Origin: Mobula hypostoma
Taxonomy: Eukaryota
DNA: 64,000 bases
Assembly (NCBI RefSeq): GCF_963921235.1
Contig: NC_086097.1
Coordinates: 70,248,001-70,312,000, forward strand
Direction of reading: 5' to 3'
Shown: positions 12,429 to 24,030 of the stretch, in pieces
How the letters are laid out: the number at the start of each line of letters is the position of its first letter
Numbering within the stretch: the stretch's first letter is position 1
Notes under the pieces: generated by a model
What the model saw: the letters and a program-made list of their open reading frames with translations, nothing else
What the model was told of the DNA's origin: nothing
The model's database searches: none
Made by a program: the position numbers and the translations under genes

Positions 12429-13079
12429 TGTGAATTTTCTGTGCTTGTCTGGCCACTGAGAGGCATGGACGAGGAAATGTATTTCAAATATTTTCAGATG
12501 TTGGCAGGTAGATTTTACGATTTGGTTCATCATTCAGAAGCAACCGGAAATGCACAGGAGGAAATGCGATGCTACTAAGTGGACCAATCACAGTTGTTAC
12601 GGTCTGCATTGCCACAATGCGTAGTTACATTTTTGGGGAGGTGCGCGTCAGGCTACGGCATAGGGTACGTGGGTACGCCGTACCTACGGCGTAGATTTGA
12701 CGCAGAAGTATAAATTGGCCTTAAGGCAGCACTGCTTCAAGATACTGTATCTTTGATGTCGGGAGGCTAGTGTCCATTTTGGATCTGGCTAAGTCTATAA
12801 CCCCCTGCAGCTTTTTCCTATCCTGCACTGGAGCCTCCATACCAGATGATGATGTAACCAGTCAGAATGCTCTCCACAGTATGTTTGTAGAAATTTGTTG
12901 GAGTCTTTCCTGACAAACCAAATGTCCTTAAACTTGTGATGAAGTAAATCCGCTGGCATGCCTTCTTTGTGATTGCATCAATATGCTAGGCCAAAATAGA
13001 TCCTCTGAGATGCTGACCCAGAAATTTGAATTTTGATGACCGGTACATGTTCCAATAGTAAATATTCCTAATTTCGAAA

Positions 13080-13175
13080 GCAATGCAAAATACAAGAGAA
13101 ATTCAGCAATTCACGTAGCATCTATGGAGGGAAAATGAAATGTTCACATTTTTGGCCGAGACCCTTCATCAGGAA
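13080..13175 (-). mobile_element. Degenerate PLE terminal-repeat fragment
   Basis: Minus strand CTGATGAAGGGTCTCGGCCAAAAATGTG followed by the agatgct-type hairpin segment. Confidence 0.7.
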
Positions 13176-14619
13176 ATTCAAAATGAGTTTCTCATTATCT
13201 CTAATGTTTGTGCTTCAAAAACCAGTATCAGCCAACGTAACCTAAATACTAAAAATTCAATACGATCTGAAATAACAAAATACCATTCAGCACACAAAAT
13301 ATTCAAAGTTAAACTTACAAGAGATCTCATTTCCTTCACTTCCTCTCAGCCCTCATCTCATTCCCTTATCATTTCTCTCCCCCACCAAACCCAGTGCCCC
13401 AACGTCCCTCTATCTCCTCACTCTCAGAGTGTTGCAAGTTGAATGCATTGCAATCCTGGCATGAAACTCGCATTACCAGGCAGCAATGACCCCTGTCCTC
13501 CTATTAAATGTTAACACCCATAATTCATTCCACAGGCAGCTAAAGACACTGGGAAAATAATACCAAAGACAGCTGTGCAAAACCGTCCAAGTTCATTCAA
13601 AGGATAGGCAAACTAACAACAGCACTGTCAACATTCCCAGTTCTTCGTTACACTCATGTCCTAACACAGGATTTCAACTTGCAATGTCAATGATTCCTTT
13701 CTTCCCACGGATGTTACTTTTGCTAAGCGGGTTATTTGTTGCTCAGTACTCAGAGTTGGCTATGTTGGACAAGCCATGTTGTTTGCTAGACAGACACTAG
13801 GACCCCATAAACATTACCAGCTGTCATAGGAAAAGATTACAAGAAAGGCAGACGAAGACATTTAAGGATGTGTTCATTTTTTCTTAAGTCCAATGACCTT
13901 GCAATTTCTGGTGGGTAACAGCTCAAAGTGAAGATAGTGCATTCGGGACGGCATCTGGAGCACACAGAAGCCTTGTGTGCGTCTTGGAAAAGGCAAAGCA
14001 GCCACCCAACCGCCCTAAGAGTCATTTTCTGCACCTGAAAAGAAGACTCTGTGGTTTCTATTCTGGCCTTATTACCCACTTAATAACGCGTGAAACCTAT
14101 CGTCCCTATCTTCTGGGACCTTCGAAGTGGATAGTGATCGTTGTTGACACTCCGAACGTTAACATTAGCTGCACTTCTCGACTGGAATTTCAATCGGAGA
14201 TTATTACTAACATAAACGTTACTTGTTATTGCACAAACATAAAACTGGTAAATCGATTACACGTCCCAATAAGAGCCAGTAATGCCGTTGATAAAAATTA
14301 GTGATCAGAACATTGTTTAAAAGGATCCTATATTGGTAAAGGAGATATTACATAATAAAAAGGTACCCAATCCAGTTCTTTGCGGAACGCATTCAGACCT
14401 GTATATGTCACCAAAGTTCAATATTAGCATATTCAACAAGTGAATAATAGACAATCACATAAAGTAAGAACGTCAAACAAGTTTATTTTTTCGCTGGCAC
14501 ACTAACACCGGCATTCCAAATAGCGGTGCCTCTTACTGAAAAATTATTGTTTTCAGAGACAAGACTCCAATAGTAAATGATAAGATGCTATAGCCACTTA
14601 AAAGGCTATTAAGAGAAGC

Positions 14620-14995
14620 TGAGAATTCGGCCGTAAGCCGCCGCGCATCACGTCTGGGAGCTCGCCCACAAGCAGCTGCACATCACGGAGCAGCGCGGCG
14701 ACGCTCTCTCCGGTCTCGGGCCTGGCACCACAGCTACAGTGAAGGTGTCATTCTCCTTCACAGGCAGGATCGGTGCGTTACCAAGTTCGTCAGCAGTCTC
14801 TCTAGCCCGGTCACAGCCCGTCCCTTGGTGGTGTTCAGAAGTTACTCACCTATCTGTTTCTCCCGTACGGACGCCGCCATCTTGCCAGCAGCTCTGCCTG
14901 ACGCAAACTCGGATGACGTGGCAACTGCAGGTCGGGCTCCGCGACCGGCCGTAATGATGCTAAAAGCCGGGCTACACGTCAAACACCAGCGTTTA
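14620..14995 (-). promoter_or_regulatory. CpG island / promoter of SCFD1
   Basis: Local GC and CpG enrichment in an AT-rich background around exon 1. Contains GATGACGTGGCA (14912-14923), TGACGCAA (14899-14906) and YY1-type CAAGATGGCGGC over the ATG. Confidence 0.8.
14850..14880 (-). CDS. SCFD1: SCFD1 coding exon 1 (start codon)
   Basis: caagATGGCGGCGTCCGTACGGGAGAAACAGATAG|gtgagt = MAASVREKQI. Strong Kozak context, inside a CpG island, phase 1 joins exon 2. Confidence 0.92.
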
Positions 14996-15132
14996 CTGAA
15001 ATTGTTAGAGAAGCTTTAACTTCCTCAGACAAGTTATTTCATTTGCACAGATTCGGGGGTAGATGATTGTTTTCCGCATTGGGAAGGACTGGTGGTCACA
15101 GCAAACACACGAGTTTCTCTTTAAGAGTAGCT

Positions 15133-15510
15133 ACAAGAATCTGCAGATGGTGGAATCGAAAAACAAATGGAGAAATGCATCGGGTCGAACAGCATCCAGA
15201 GCGACTTTTTTTTTGCTTCATATATAGATGCTCCCTATAAGGTTCCTTATAAGGAACCCGTTAAGGTTCCTCTAGCGGTATGTTTGGGCCTTGACCCGAA
15301 ACGTCGACTGTCCATTTCCTTCTACAGATGCTGACTGAGCCGTTGTCTTTCAGTTAGTCCTGACGAAGGATCTCAACCCAAAACGTCGACTGTACCTCTT
15401 CCTCGAGATGCTGCCTGGCCTGCTGCGTTCACCAGCAACTTTGATGTATGTTGCTTGAATTTCCAGCATCTGCAGAATTCCTCGTGTTTGCGAATTCCTC
15501 TAGTAGTTTG
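15133..15510. mobile_element. Cluster of PLE terminal repeats (older inverted pair with a younger copy nested at ~15346-15492)
   Basis: Reverse arm 15133-15200, forward arm 15284-15345, younger copy cagttagtcctgacgaagg...cctcgtgtttgcg. Confidence 0.75.
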
Positions 15511-17409
15511 TCTCTCCTCAACAAAGAGCCTCACAGATAAAAGTTTCCATCTACATCAACCTGCTATTATATAATTGGAGAAAACACCACAAATACTAGA
15601 AATTCGAGACAAAAATAGACTCAGAAGTCAAACATACCGTATCACATGGTTGCATGGTTTCCAACTCAACAATTTAGCCTTCTGATGAGATGTTGAATAT
15701 TTACTCTTTGCCATAGATGTTGCCTGGCCTGCTGAGTTCAGGCCTCGACCCTTCAGATGGGCTGCCTTTAACCTTCTCCAGTTTACCCAATGGCATTTGG
15801 CACGCAATATGCCCTCCTTTACACAAGGAAAACTAAATGCTGATCTATTGACCACTTCACAGAATCATTGCATCCTATCCATGAGGATAACCCTGAATTG
15901 CAGTCAATGGAATCTGTGTCCCACTATTAACTCATTTGGAGTTTCTACCCAAAGCACAAAGACTTTAAACTCGGCAGCAAATCACTGCAAAGCTCCTCAG
16001 CTGCAAATCATTCCTGGCAAAGGCCACAAGTTAAAACTGACATTAGCTTCAGGTACAGAATCTTATCTGCTGACCATGTGCACTGTTGCCTTCTGGATAT
16101 ATTTAGATTATGCCACTTCTGTGTTTTAGGTACTGAATCCTTGCACTTTGCACTAACATTTTATTAAAAAGACAAAAAAATGCAAGAAATTCTCATTCTG
16201 CATATGTAAACTTTATTTGAAATCATATAATGCGAATGTTAGTGGTAAATACACAAGTATTTCAGGAGAATATGTAAATAAATGATAATAATTAGATTAT
16301 CGACAGATAAAGTATATAAACTAATGTTAGGATAAAATGGAATTATAGCCAAGCAAACAAAATCATAATGGAATGAGAGGCAGCCTTTAAAGTGCAAAGT
16401 TTAAGTGACAGTCTAGTGAAATTCCCACAAAGGAGCAGAATATGGAAACTGAGTCATTTTTCAAAGCTCAAAAACCCATGGATGAAGCTCCTTTAGCTTA
16501 CACTTCCGGCATCTATAATTATCAAAGGCACAGAAAACATCCAGGAGATCCCATATTGCACAGGACTTATATTCCACAAGTCTGAGGAGCTCTTGCATGC
16601 CTCTTTCTGCTTAAAATAGCCATGAAGCAATCAAAATAATTTAATTCTTTAAATATAAAGCTTCAAGTTTATTCTTGCCTTATCAAAGGCTGTTCACCCC
16701 AAGAATTCAAACTGTATGGCTGCCGGACTTTATAGCTAAAGAAAAAAAATCATACCACATCTTGGCCTTGGAGTACAAGAAAAAAAGTAGCCATGATGGA
16801 CAATTACAGAACCCTGTGGCTGTAATTTACATTTCTGGGAAATATACTTCAAGGATGCAAAGGCATTAGAGTGTGTGTAGAAGAGGATTACTGAAATGAT
16901 TTTAAGGAAGAAAGAGTGTATTTTGTAGGCAGATTGGGGAACGCGCAGTTATTCCTCTGAAATAGGATAGATTGTGAGATCTTTCAAAGGTACCAAGTTG
17001 AGTTGGGCAGTTGAAGCATAGGGATCAAAAACATGGACAAAGAATGAAAATACTTAGCACAAAAGTGGCATGGGAAGACTGATGATGAGAGGCAAAAGTT
17101 TAAAAAAAAAACAAGCGCTGAGAAGTTGGGATCTGGAATGTACTTCTCTGGGTAGAATTGGAGGCTGTGTCTATGGTAGCAATCAAATGGTAGTTTGATA
17201 AAGGGTTTTAAATGTAAGAAAATGCAGGTCTCTGGGGAGGGTGGAGTAGGATCAAGTTAGATTAATTTTACATGGAACCAAAGGGCCACTCTCCATGCTA
17301 TAATCATTATGCCAATGAATCATTTAGAGCCCGGCTGTGAGGAGATTTCTTTTTATAGATAAAGACATAACTAAAATACATAATATGAATCCATATTCAT
17401 GAATCATTC

Positions 17410-17770
17410 CCTATACTCGAGAAGTCAAATGCAAGTGACAGTGTTGCACAACAGCTAATCCACAAGGGTGTCTCGCAGCTTCCACATTTATGTCACTTAA
17501 AATGTACATCCCACTCGACTTTGAACTCTTATCTTTGGCTCCTTCACAATCTTAATATCCAAAGCAAGCTCAAGGAACAGCAGCCCATCCTTTGCCTCAG
17601 CATACCTAGACACTCAATTTTGAATTTAATAATTTCAGATAACATTTCCTGCTTGTATCAAAACTAGCCAGTTCTGATGCAAGGTTATCCATTTGTAACT
17701 TTAACTCACTTTTTTTCTCTCCACAGACGCTGTGTGATTTACTGAATATTTCCAGCAGCTGTCGTGTTCT
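17410..17770 (+). mobile_element. Ancient PLE 3' remnant
   Basis: Degenerate similarity to the GIY-YIG C-terminus (gcaagctcaaggaacagcagcccatc...aataatttcag) and to the terminal repeat. Confidence 0.5.
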
Positions 17771-18556
17771 GCATCTGAGTTTTTCAATATTTTTGTTTCC
17801 TCTCAATCTTGTTCTCTCACTTTTTAATTTCTGTAAAAGGAAGATCACTCTCAATCGTTAATTCTGGGTCTCATTCCCGAACAGCATTTTCTATTTTTAA
17901 TTTAAATTTCTACCATTTGTGTTTTTTTTCTGCTTTTTAAATGTCAATTAGCTGTAAAATTTCATTTTTGACAGCTTGTGACATAAATAAAATCTTTACA
18001 TTTAAACATTTCAATCTGTGTTTTAGAAACCAGTTTCAATGGAGGCTTACAAGAAATATAGAAAAAAAAACTTGAGAACAATTTGGTTCATCAAAAAAAA
18101 AATGCAACATCCTTTCATTTATTATTTAAGCAAACATAGAGAAACAAGTTCATGTAAGGACACCATCCAGCTATAACTAAAACAATTATACATCACAGAT
18201 TACAGATGTCTTCACGAATTGAACATTAATAAGTTGATGTTATTACGGTCAGTTTATCCATAATCGACTATTGACCAATTTTGCCAGACAAAAATTACCC
18301 AAGAATTCAATGCCATACATATTTTTATTCCAATGAGATTATTACATGTCTACCTTTAACATGTTTTAGCAGTTGTTTTACATTTTTAATTGATAACCAG
18401 GTTCTAATATCTCAATTGGTAACCAAGATTCAACTTTCTTGTTATTCTGCATTAGTCAAATATATGCATTGATAAAAGCACACATCAAACTGAACAATTA
18501 CACAGTTAATCACTTGGATAAATTATTTATGATAGATACCTAGTCAAATACAATAG

Positions 18557-18567
18557 TTTATTTTATT
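18557..18567 (-). terminator. Candidate G2E3 polyadenylation signal (overlapping double AATAAA)
   Basis: Plus-strand TTTATTTTATT about 1.5 kb downstream of the stop, in AT-rich, apparently repeat-free UTR-like sequence. Other AATAAA candidates exist near 19636, 18118 and 16160-16217. Confidence 0.4.
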
Positions 18568-20048
18568 CACAAACAATATTCATTCACATAACAGTTCATT
18601 TGTACACATTCAAATTATTTTTCTGCATTAATTTTATTCACTAATGGTAGTCTTTGTACTGAAAGCTTTCCTCCCTAAATCTTACTATTTCTTTCATACA
18701 ATTATTTTCTTCAGAAATGGTATATAAATTTTGCTTATTTTGTTTGTTTTCTTTTTCCTGTTTAAATATGCAAAAAACTACAATTACCCACATCTTTTCT
18801 CAATGTAAAATGTTAGGAGATTTAGACAAGTTGTCAGAAGGAAAGCACGAATTTAACAAGTGACATATTTTATGGATTTTGTTCAAATGTAAAAATACAT
18901 TTGTAATACTGAATCCTTCACCCACTGCTGAAGATCTGAAATCAGGGTTTAAAGAGCAAGCTAAGGAAGACTGTACAACTTGTAAAAGCAGTATTTTTCA
19001 CAGAAATACATTAAACAAGAACATATTACAATATCAGCACCCAAGGAACCCCCCTTTTTGTTGCCAGACCAAACTATTAATAATACTGTTAAAGGGTTTC
19101 ATCTTTTGATGGAAATTAAATATATTTATAACAATTCTAAATAGTTTTATTTTTCTAGAGAAGCAAACTAAATGAGTTACCAATATAAAGTAATTTCTAT
19201 TTACGTTACAACTATAGTCCATCATGGTAGTTATAAGGTCAGAAATAAAATACAAAGTTTATATTTGTTACTGGCAAAACCAGTGAAGAAAATCTTCCAA
19301 AAGTCTACATACAAAGCAAAACTTCCAATTCCTCATTTTAAAAGTAAACACAAAACCTTACATATTTTGGTCATCCAAAATATTACTTTGGCAAATTACA
19401 ATTTACTGCACTTTAGAAAATTTAAATTTCATTTCATTGTAATTTTAAAAAATGCCATCATAAGTATAAACTTGTTGATGATCTATGTGGGTGTCATATG
19501 CAAAGCTATTAAAGAAAACTTCAAACCAGCTAATCAAGTAATTTCATAAGCAAATCTGTATTACATTAATCTAGAAATTGGATAACATTCTGAATATTTA
19601 GAAATCAATATATGAACCTCTCAGCTGCTTCAATATTTTATTCCTTCACCTCCTCTGGCAGAGAAAATCAGAATTGCTACTAGAACTTTCACTTAGCCAG
19701 AGCTGCCCAAGTAGAGAAATTGTTGTGCTTCAGCAAGATTAGAAACTAATGCAAATATAATTGTTACTGTGTTTCAACATCAAAGTATATTGCAACACAA
19801 CATGTCAGCAGGGAAACTGACAAAGGCATTCATCAAGGTTTAAGTTTCTGCTTCCCTTCCTGAATATTCTGCATAAAATAGTTCTCTAAGGAGGAATCAT
19901 TATCTTTTACATCCTGTAAACTTATTTCAAAACTTCTGCAAGCCACTGCTAAATAACTGGCAATTAAAAACAAAGATTGTAATTTTCTAAAAAGAAAACT
20001 GCTAGATAATGTACAAATTTAATAATTGACTTAAGAATATTTACAGCA

Positions 20049-20299
20049 TTACTTTCTTTTTAATTCAGGTGTGTTACAAATAGCAAAATCCATGCATTCT
20101 TTAAATTCCTCGTATGTTTTTGACATTGGTAGTTTCAAACAATTGACTGATGTTTGTCCTGTTGGAAATCTGTACTGTACTATTCCATCACTATGCAAGA
20201 ATTTAAGTGAAGGGCGAGGAACATAACTGATGGGTGGAATATTACTTGTGCCAGTTGCAAAACTCAAGATTCCTTCAAAAGAAGCTTTAGTTTTTCCAC
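20049..20299 (-). CDS. G2E3: G2E3 last coding exon (HECT C-lobe, stop codon)
   Basis: ttttcag|G GKTKASFEGILSFATGTSNIPP...FPTGQTSVNCLKLPMSKTYEEFKECMDFAICNTPELKRK*. HECT C-terminal pattern of the G2E3 type. Confidence 0.92.
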
Positions 20300-20859
20300 C
20301 TGAAAAGAAAAACACTGTTAATTCACAAAAATGGTGTGCATTTGAATGTGGTTCTACTTAACTATTTGGCTAACAGTCCAAATATTCAAAACCAGATCCT
20401 TGCTGTTGGTGTTGTTGGAGTGAACACCACAGCTACTTTGCCTGAAACAAAGGGCTCAGGGTTGAGTGCAATAAGTGCAAGCTGCTGCCGGGAATGGGCA
20501 ACAGTTCTCCATCACCTTGATTCTTCGGTCTCTCTCATTATCTACTGTTACATGTGATGAAAGCTGCTGTCTCCCCCTCTTCAGCCCTCACCAGCCTATA
20601 ATAAGAAGCCCAGCTATGGCTGCAGCACCACCTGCCAGTCTACCGAAATCAAACATGTGGATGAATCATTGCTGTGGAAGTACAGACAGTGGTCAGAGAT
20701 TTCCAGCTAGATACCCAGCACAGCACTGCTTTAATACTTCTTTGTATAATGTTATAATGATCACTATTAGTGCCAGCTTCATGAGCACTAATTCAGGGGA
20801 AGGCATTCTGAAGCTACCTTCTCACTTGGGTTTGCCCTCAAGATGAAGAAGGCAGCACT

Positions 20860-23372
20860 TTACGGCAGTGATTGGACTGCGACCAGTCACCGAGTAGGGT
20901 TCATGAGAAAGGAGCGGCCACTGGTGTGAGTGAGCCAGTGTTGGAGTGACTTTGGCTCATCAGGCTTCGGCGAGATCAGGCCTGGGCAAGGTAAACAAGC
21001 ATCTGGTAGGTTTCTCTTTTTCTTTTTGATTCTTTTTCCTGGTCGGTTAGCCCAAAGTTAGTGCAGTGAGAATGGCTTCCAGGCCAGTGTTTTGTTCTCT
21101 GTGTGAGGTGTGGGAATTCTGGGAGACCTCCAGCCTTCCAGATAACCACAACTGCACCAGGTGCACCAAGCTTCATCCCAGAGAAAACTATTAAGGAACT
21201 GGAGCTGCAGCTCGATGTCCTTCAGTTCTTATGGGAGAATGAGGAGCTACAGGGAGATAGTCACCCTGGATTGCAGGTGGCAGGTAACTGGGTGACTGCC
21301 AGGAGAAGGAAGGGAAATGGGCAGGCAGTGCGGAGTACCCCTGTGGCTGTTCCCCTCAATAATAAGTATACCACTTTGGATACTATTGAGGGGGATGGCG
21401 CAGTGACTGGGTCTCTGGCACTGAGTTTGGTGCTGTGGCTCAGAAGAGAAGAGAGGTAAAGAGGACTGCAGTGATAATAGGAGATTCAGAGGAATAGAGA
21501 CAAGATTCTGTGGGCACAATAGACACACCTGAATAGCATGTTCCCTCCCAGATACCAGGGTCAGAGTAAGCAGCCAGAAGTCTTGGTACACATTGGCACC
21601 AATGACGTAGGTAGGATTTATGAAGCTAGGTAGAAAGCTGAAAAACAGGATCTCCAGAGATAGGATTTTTGGCAGATGAACGTAGGGCTGAAGAACTGGT
21701 GCAGGGGGCACGAGTTCATTGAGATCACTTCTGGATTGCTGGACCGCTGGAAAATGATGCTGGAGAGGTAGTAATGGGGGACAAGGAAATGACGGAGGAA
21801 ATGAATAAGTATTTTGCATCAGTCTTCACTGTGGAAGACACTAGCAGCATGCCAGAAGTTCAGGAAGGTTCTTGGGAAACTGAAAAGCCTGAAGGTAGAT
21901 AAGTCACCTGGAACAGATGGCAGACACTCCAGGGTACTGAAAGAGATTGTGGGTGTATTAGTAATGACCTTTCAAGAATCAATTAACCCAGCATGGTTCT
22001 GGAGGTCTGGAAAATTGCAAATGTCACTCCACTCTTCAAGAAGGGAGAGAGGCAGAAGAAAGGAAATTATAGGTCAGTGGTTGAGAAGATGTTGGAGTTG
22101 ATTGTTAAGAATGTGGTTTTGGGTTACTTGGAGGCACATGATAAAATAGGCTAGAGTCAGCAAGGTTTCTTCGAGGGAAAATGTAGCCTGACAAATCTGT
22201 TGGAATTCTTTGAGAAATAACAAACAGGATAAACAAAGGAGAATTGGCAGATGTTGTGCATTTGGATTTTCAGAAGGTCTTTGACAAGGGGCCACATATG
22301 AGCTACTTAACAAGTTAAAAGCCCACAGTATTAATAGAAGATACTAGCATAGATAGAACAATGGCTGATTGGCAGGAGACAAAGTAGGAATAAAGGGAGT
22401 TTTTCTGGTTGGCTGCCGGTAACTAGCGTTCCACGAGCGTTGGGACAGTTCCTTATTATGTTATATGTCAATGATTTGGATGATGGAATTGATAGCTTTG
22501 TTGCAAAGTTTGCAGACAATGTGAGGATAAGTGGAGGGGCATGTAGTTTTGAGGAAGTTGAGAGGCTACAGAAGGACTTAGATTAGGAGAATGGGCAAAG
22601 AAATGGCGGGTGGAATACAGTGTCATGCACTTTGGTAGAAGAAATTAAAGGTTGACTATTTTCTAAATGGAGAAAAAATACAAAAAACTGAGGTGCAAAG
22701 GGACTTAGGAGTACTTGTGCAGGAATCCCTAAAGGTTAATTTGCAGGTTGAGTCTGTGATGAGGAAGGCAAATGCAATGTTTGTATTCATTTCAAGAAGG
22801 CTAGAATGTAAAAGCAAGGATGTAACGTTGAAACTTTATAAAGCACTGGTGAGGCCTCACCAGTATTTTAAGCAGTTTTGAGCCCCCTTATTTTAGAAAG
22901 GATGTGCTGAAACTGTTGAGGGTTCAAAGGAGGTTTATGAAAATGATGCCAGGATCAAATTGCTTGTCATATGAAGAGTATTTGATGGTCCTGGGCTTTA
23001 ATTCACTGGAATTCAGAAGAATGAGGGATGACCTCATTGAAACCTGTCGAATGCTGTAAGGTCTCTATTATAGAGTGGTTGTCGAGAAGATGTTTCTTAT
23101 GGTGGAGGAGTCTAAGACTACCCTCAGAATAGAGGGGGCATCCTTCTAGAACAGATGAAGGGGTATTTCTTTAGCCAGAAAATGGTGAATCTGTGGAATT
23201 CACTGCCACAGGTGGCTGTGGAGGTCAAGTCATTGGATATATTTAAGGCGGATATTGATTAGTCAGGACATGAAGGGAGAAGTCAAAAGGTTGGGGCTGA
23301 AGGGAAAATGAGAGGAACAAACTCAATGGGCCAAATGGCCCAAGTCTGCTCCTATATCTTATGGTCTTATGA
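20860..23372 (+). mobile_element. CR1 LINE deletion derivative (ORF1 remnant joined to RT, endonuclease missing)
   Basis: ORF1-like KELELQLDVL and esterase HIGTND; junction near 21745 jumps to the pre-RT region; ends in a tcttatggtcttatg tail. Confidence 0.88.
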
Positions 23373-23499
23373 ATGCCAAAGTATCACCTACTATACTACA
23401 TTTTGTTTGCAAGGTGTGTTCATTACTGGTCATTCCGCCATTTATTGTTCACATGCAATTTAGATTTATCCACATTAGTGGCTTTGGAGTCATATAGAC

Positions 23500-24030
23500 A
23501 ATAGCATGTAAAGTCTTAGGCACATATATACAGTTAGGGTGCCTAAGACTTATGCACATTACTGTATTTGTTAATATGGAGCGGAGAGCAAGTTTGTAAT
23601 TCTGGCGGGAGAAAATAATGTTGGGAATGGCGAAGGCTGAGTGCCGCTGGAGGTTGTATGGGACATGTGGCAGAGAAGGAGTGCCGGGGTGGGGAGGGTG
23701 TAGCATAGGTGCTGACACACCCAGCCCTGAGACACCAGGCGAGGTCATTTGATTCCAAACAGCTGGTTTATTGATCATAACAAAATGTCTCTGTGGTACT
23801 TCTTGCTCCCTCCCTTCTGCTATTCCCAGATATGATTCCACTCTCCCTGCCCCCTTCCCACTTTCAGTCCACAACAGAAACCCACATCAGAATCCGGTTT
23901 ACCACATTTGTCCTGAAAATGTTTTTTCTTTGCAGCAACAGTACAGTGCAATACATAAAATTACTATGTGGCATGCAAAAGTTGTAAGTGTGTGTGTGCG
24001 TGTGTGTGTATTCAAGACTTTTGTATAGAA
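23500..24030. mobile_element. Composite of tiny hairpin MITEs and an unclassified GC-rich repeat
   Basis: aaagtcttaggcac...gtgcctaagactt inverted repeat at 23510-23551; second similar unit with (TG)n near 23970-24030; LINE tail at 23888-23965. Confidence 0.5.

Larger units (their letters stand above)
10569..12721 (+). mobile_element. PIF/Harbinger transposon, internally deleted (~630 bp excluding the nested PLE)
   Basis: TAA|aggctgatttatacttctgcgt ... acgcagaagtataaattggcct|TAA: TIRs plus 3-bp TSD. Transposase N-terminus RRWCVRPLNGLRQKEG//EFSVLVWPLRGMDEEMYFKYFQMLAGRFYDLV is split by the PLE. Confidence 0.88.
10283..13050 (-). mobile_element. Rex1/Babar-like LINE 3' fragment split by a Harbinger insertion
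   Basis: Tail at 10283-10410; body at 10410-10568 resumes at 12722 (gccttcttaa|ggcagc). Second copy of the tail at 9626-9785. Confidence 0.75.

Noticed and set aside
19172..19549. 125-aa plus-strand ORF and similar AT-rich short ORFs
   Set aside because: Antisense to the G2E3 3' UTR, with low-complexity composition and no recognisable domain or splice support.
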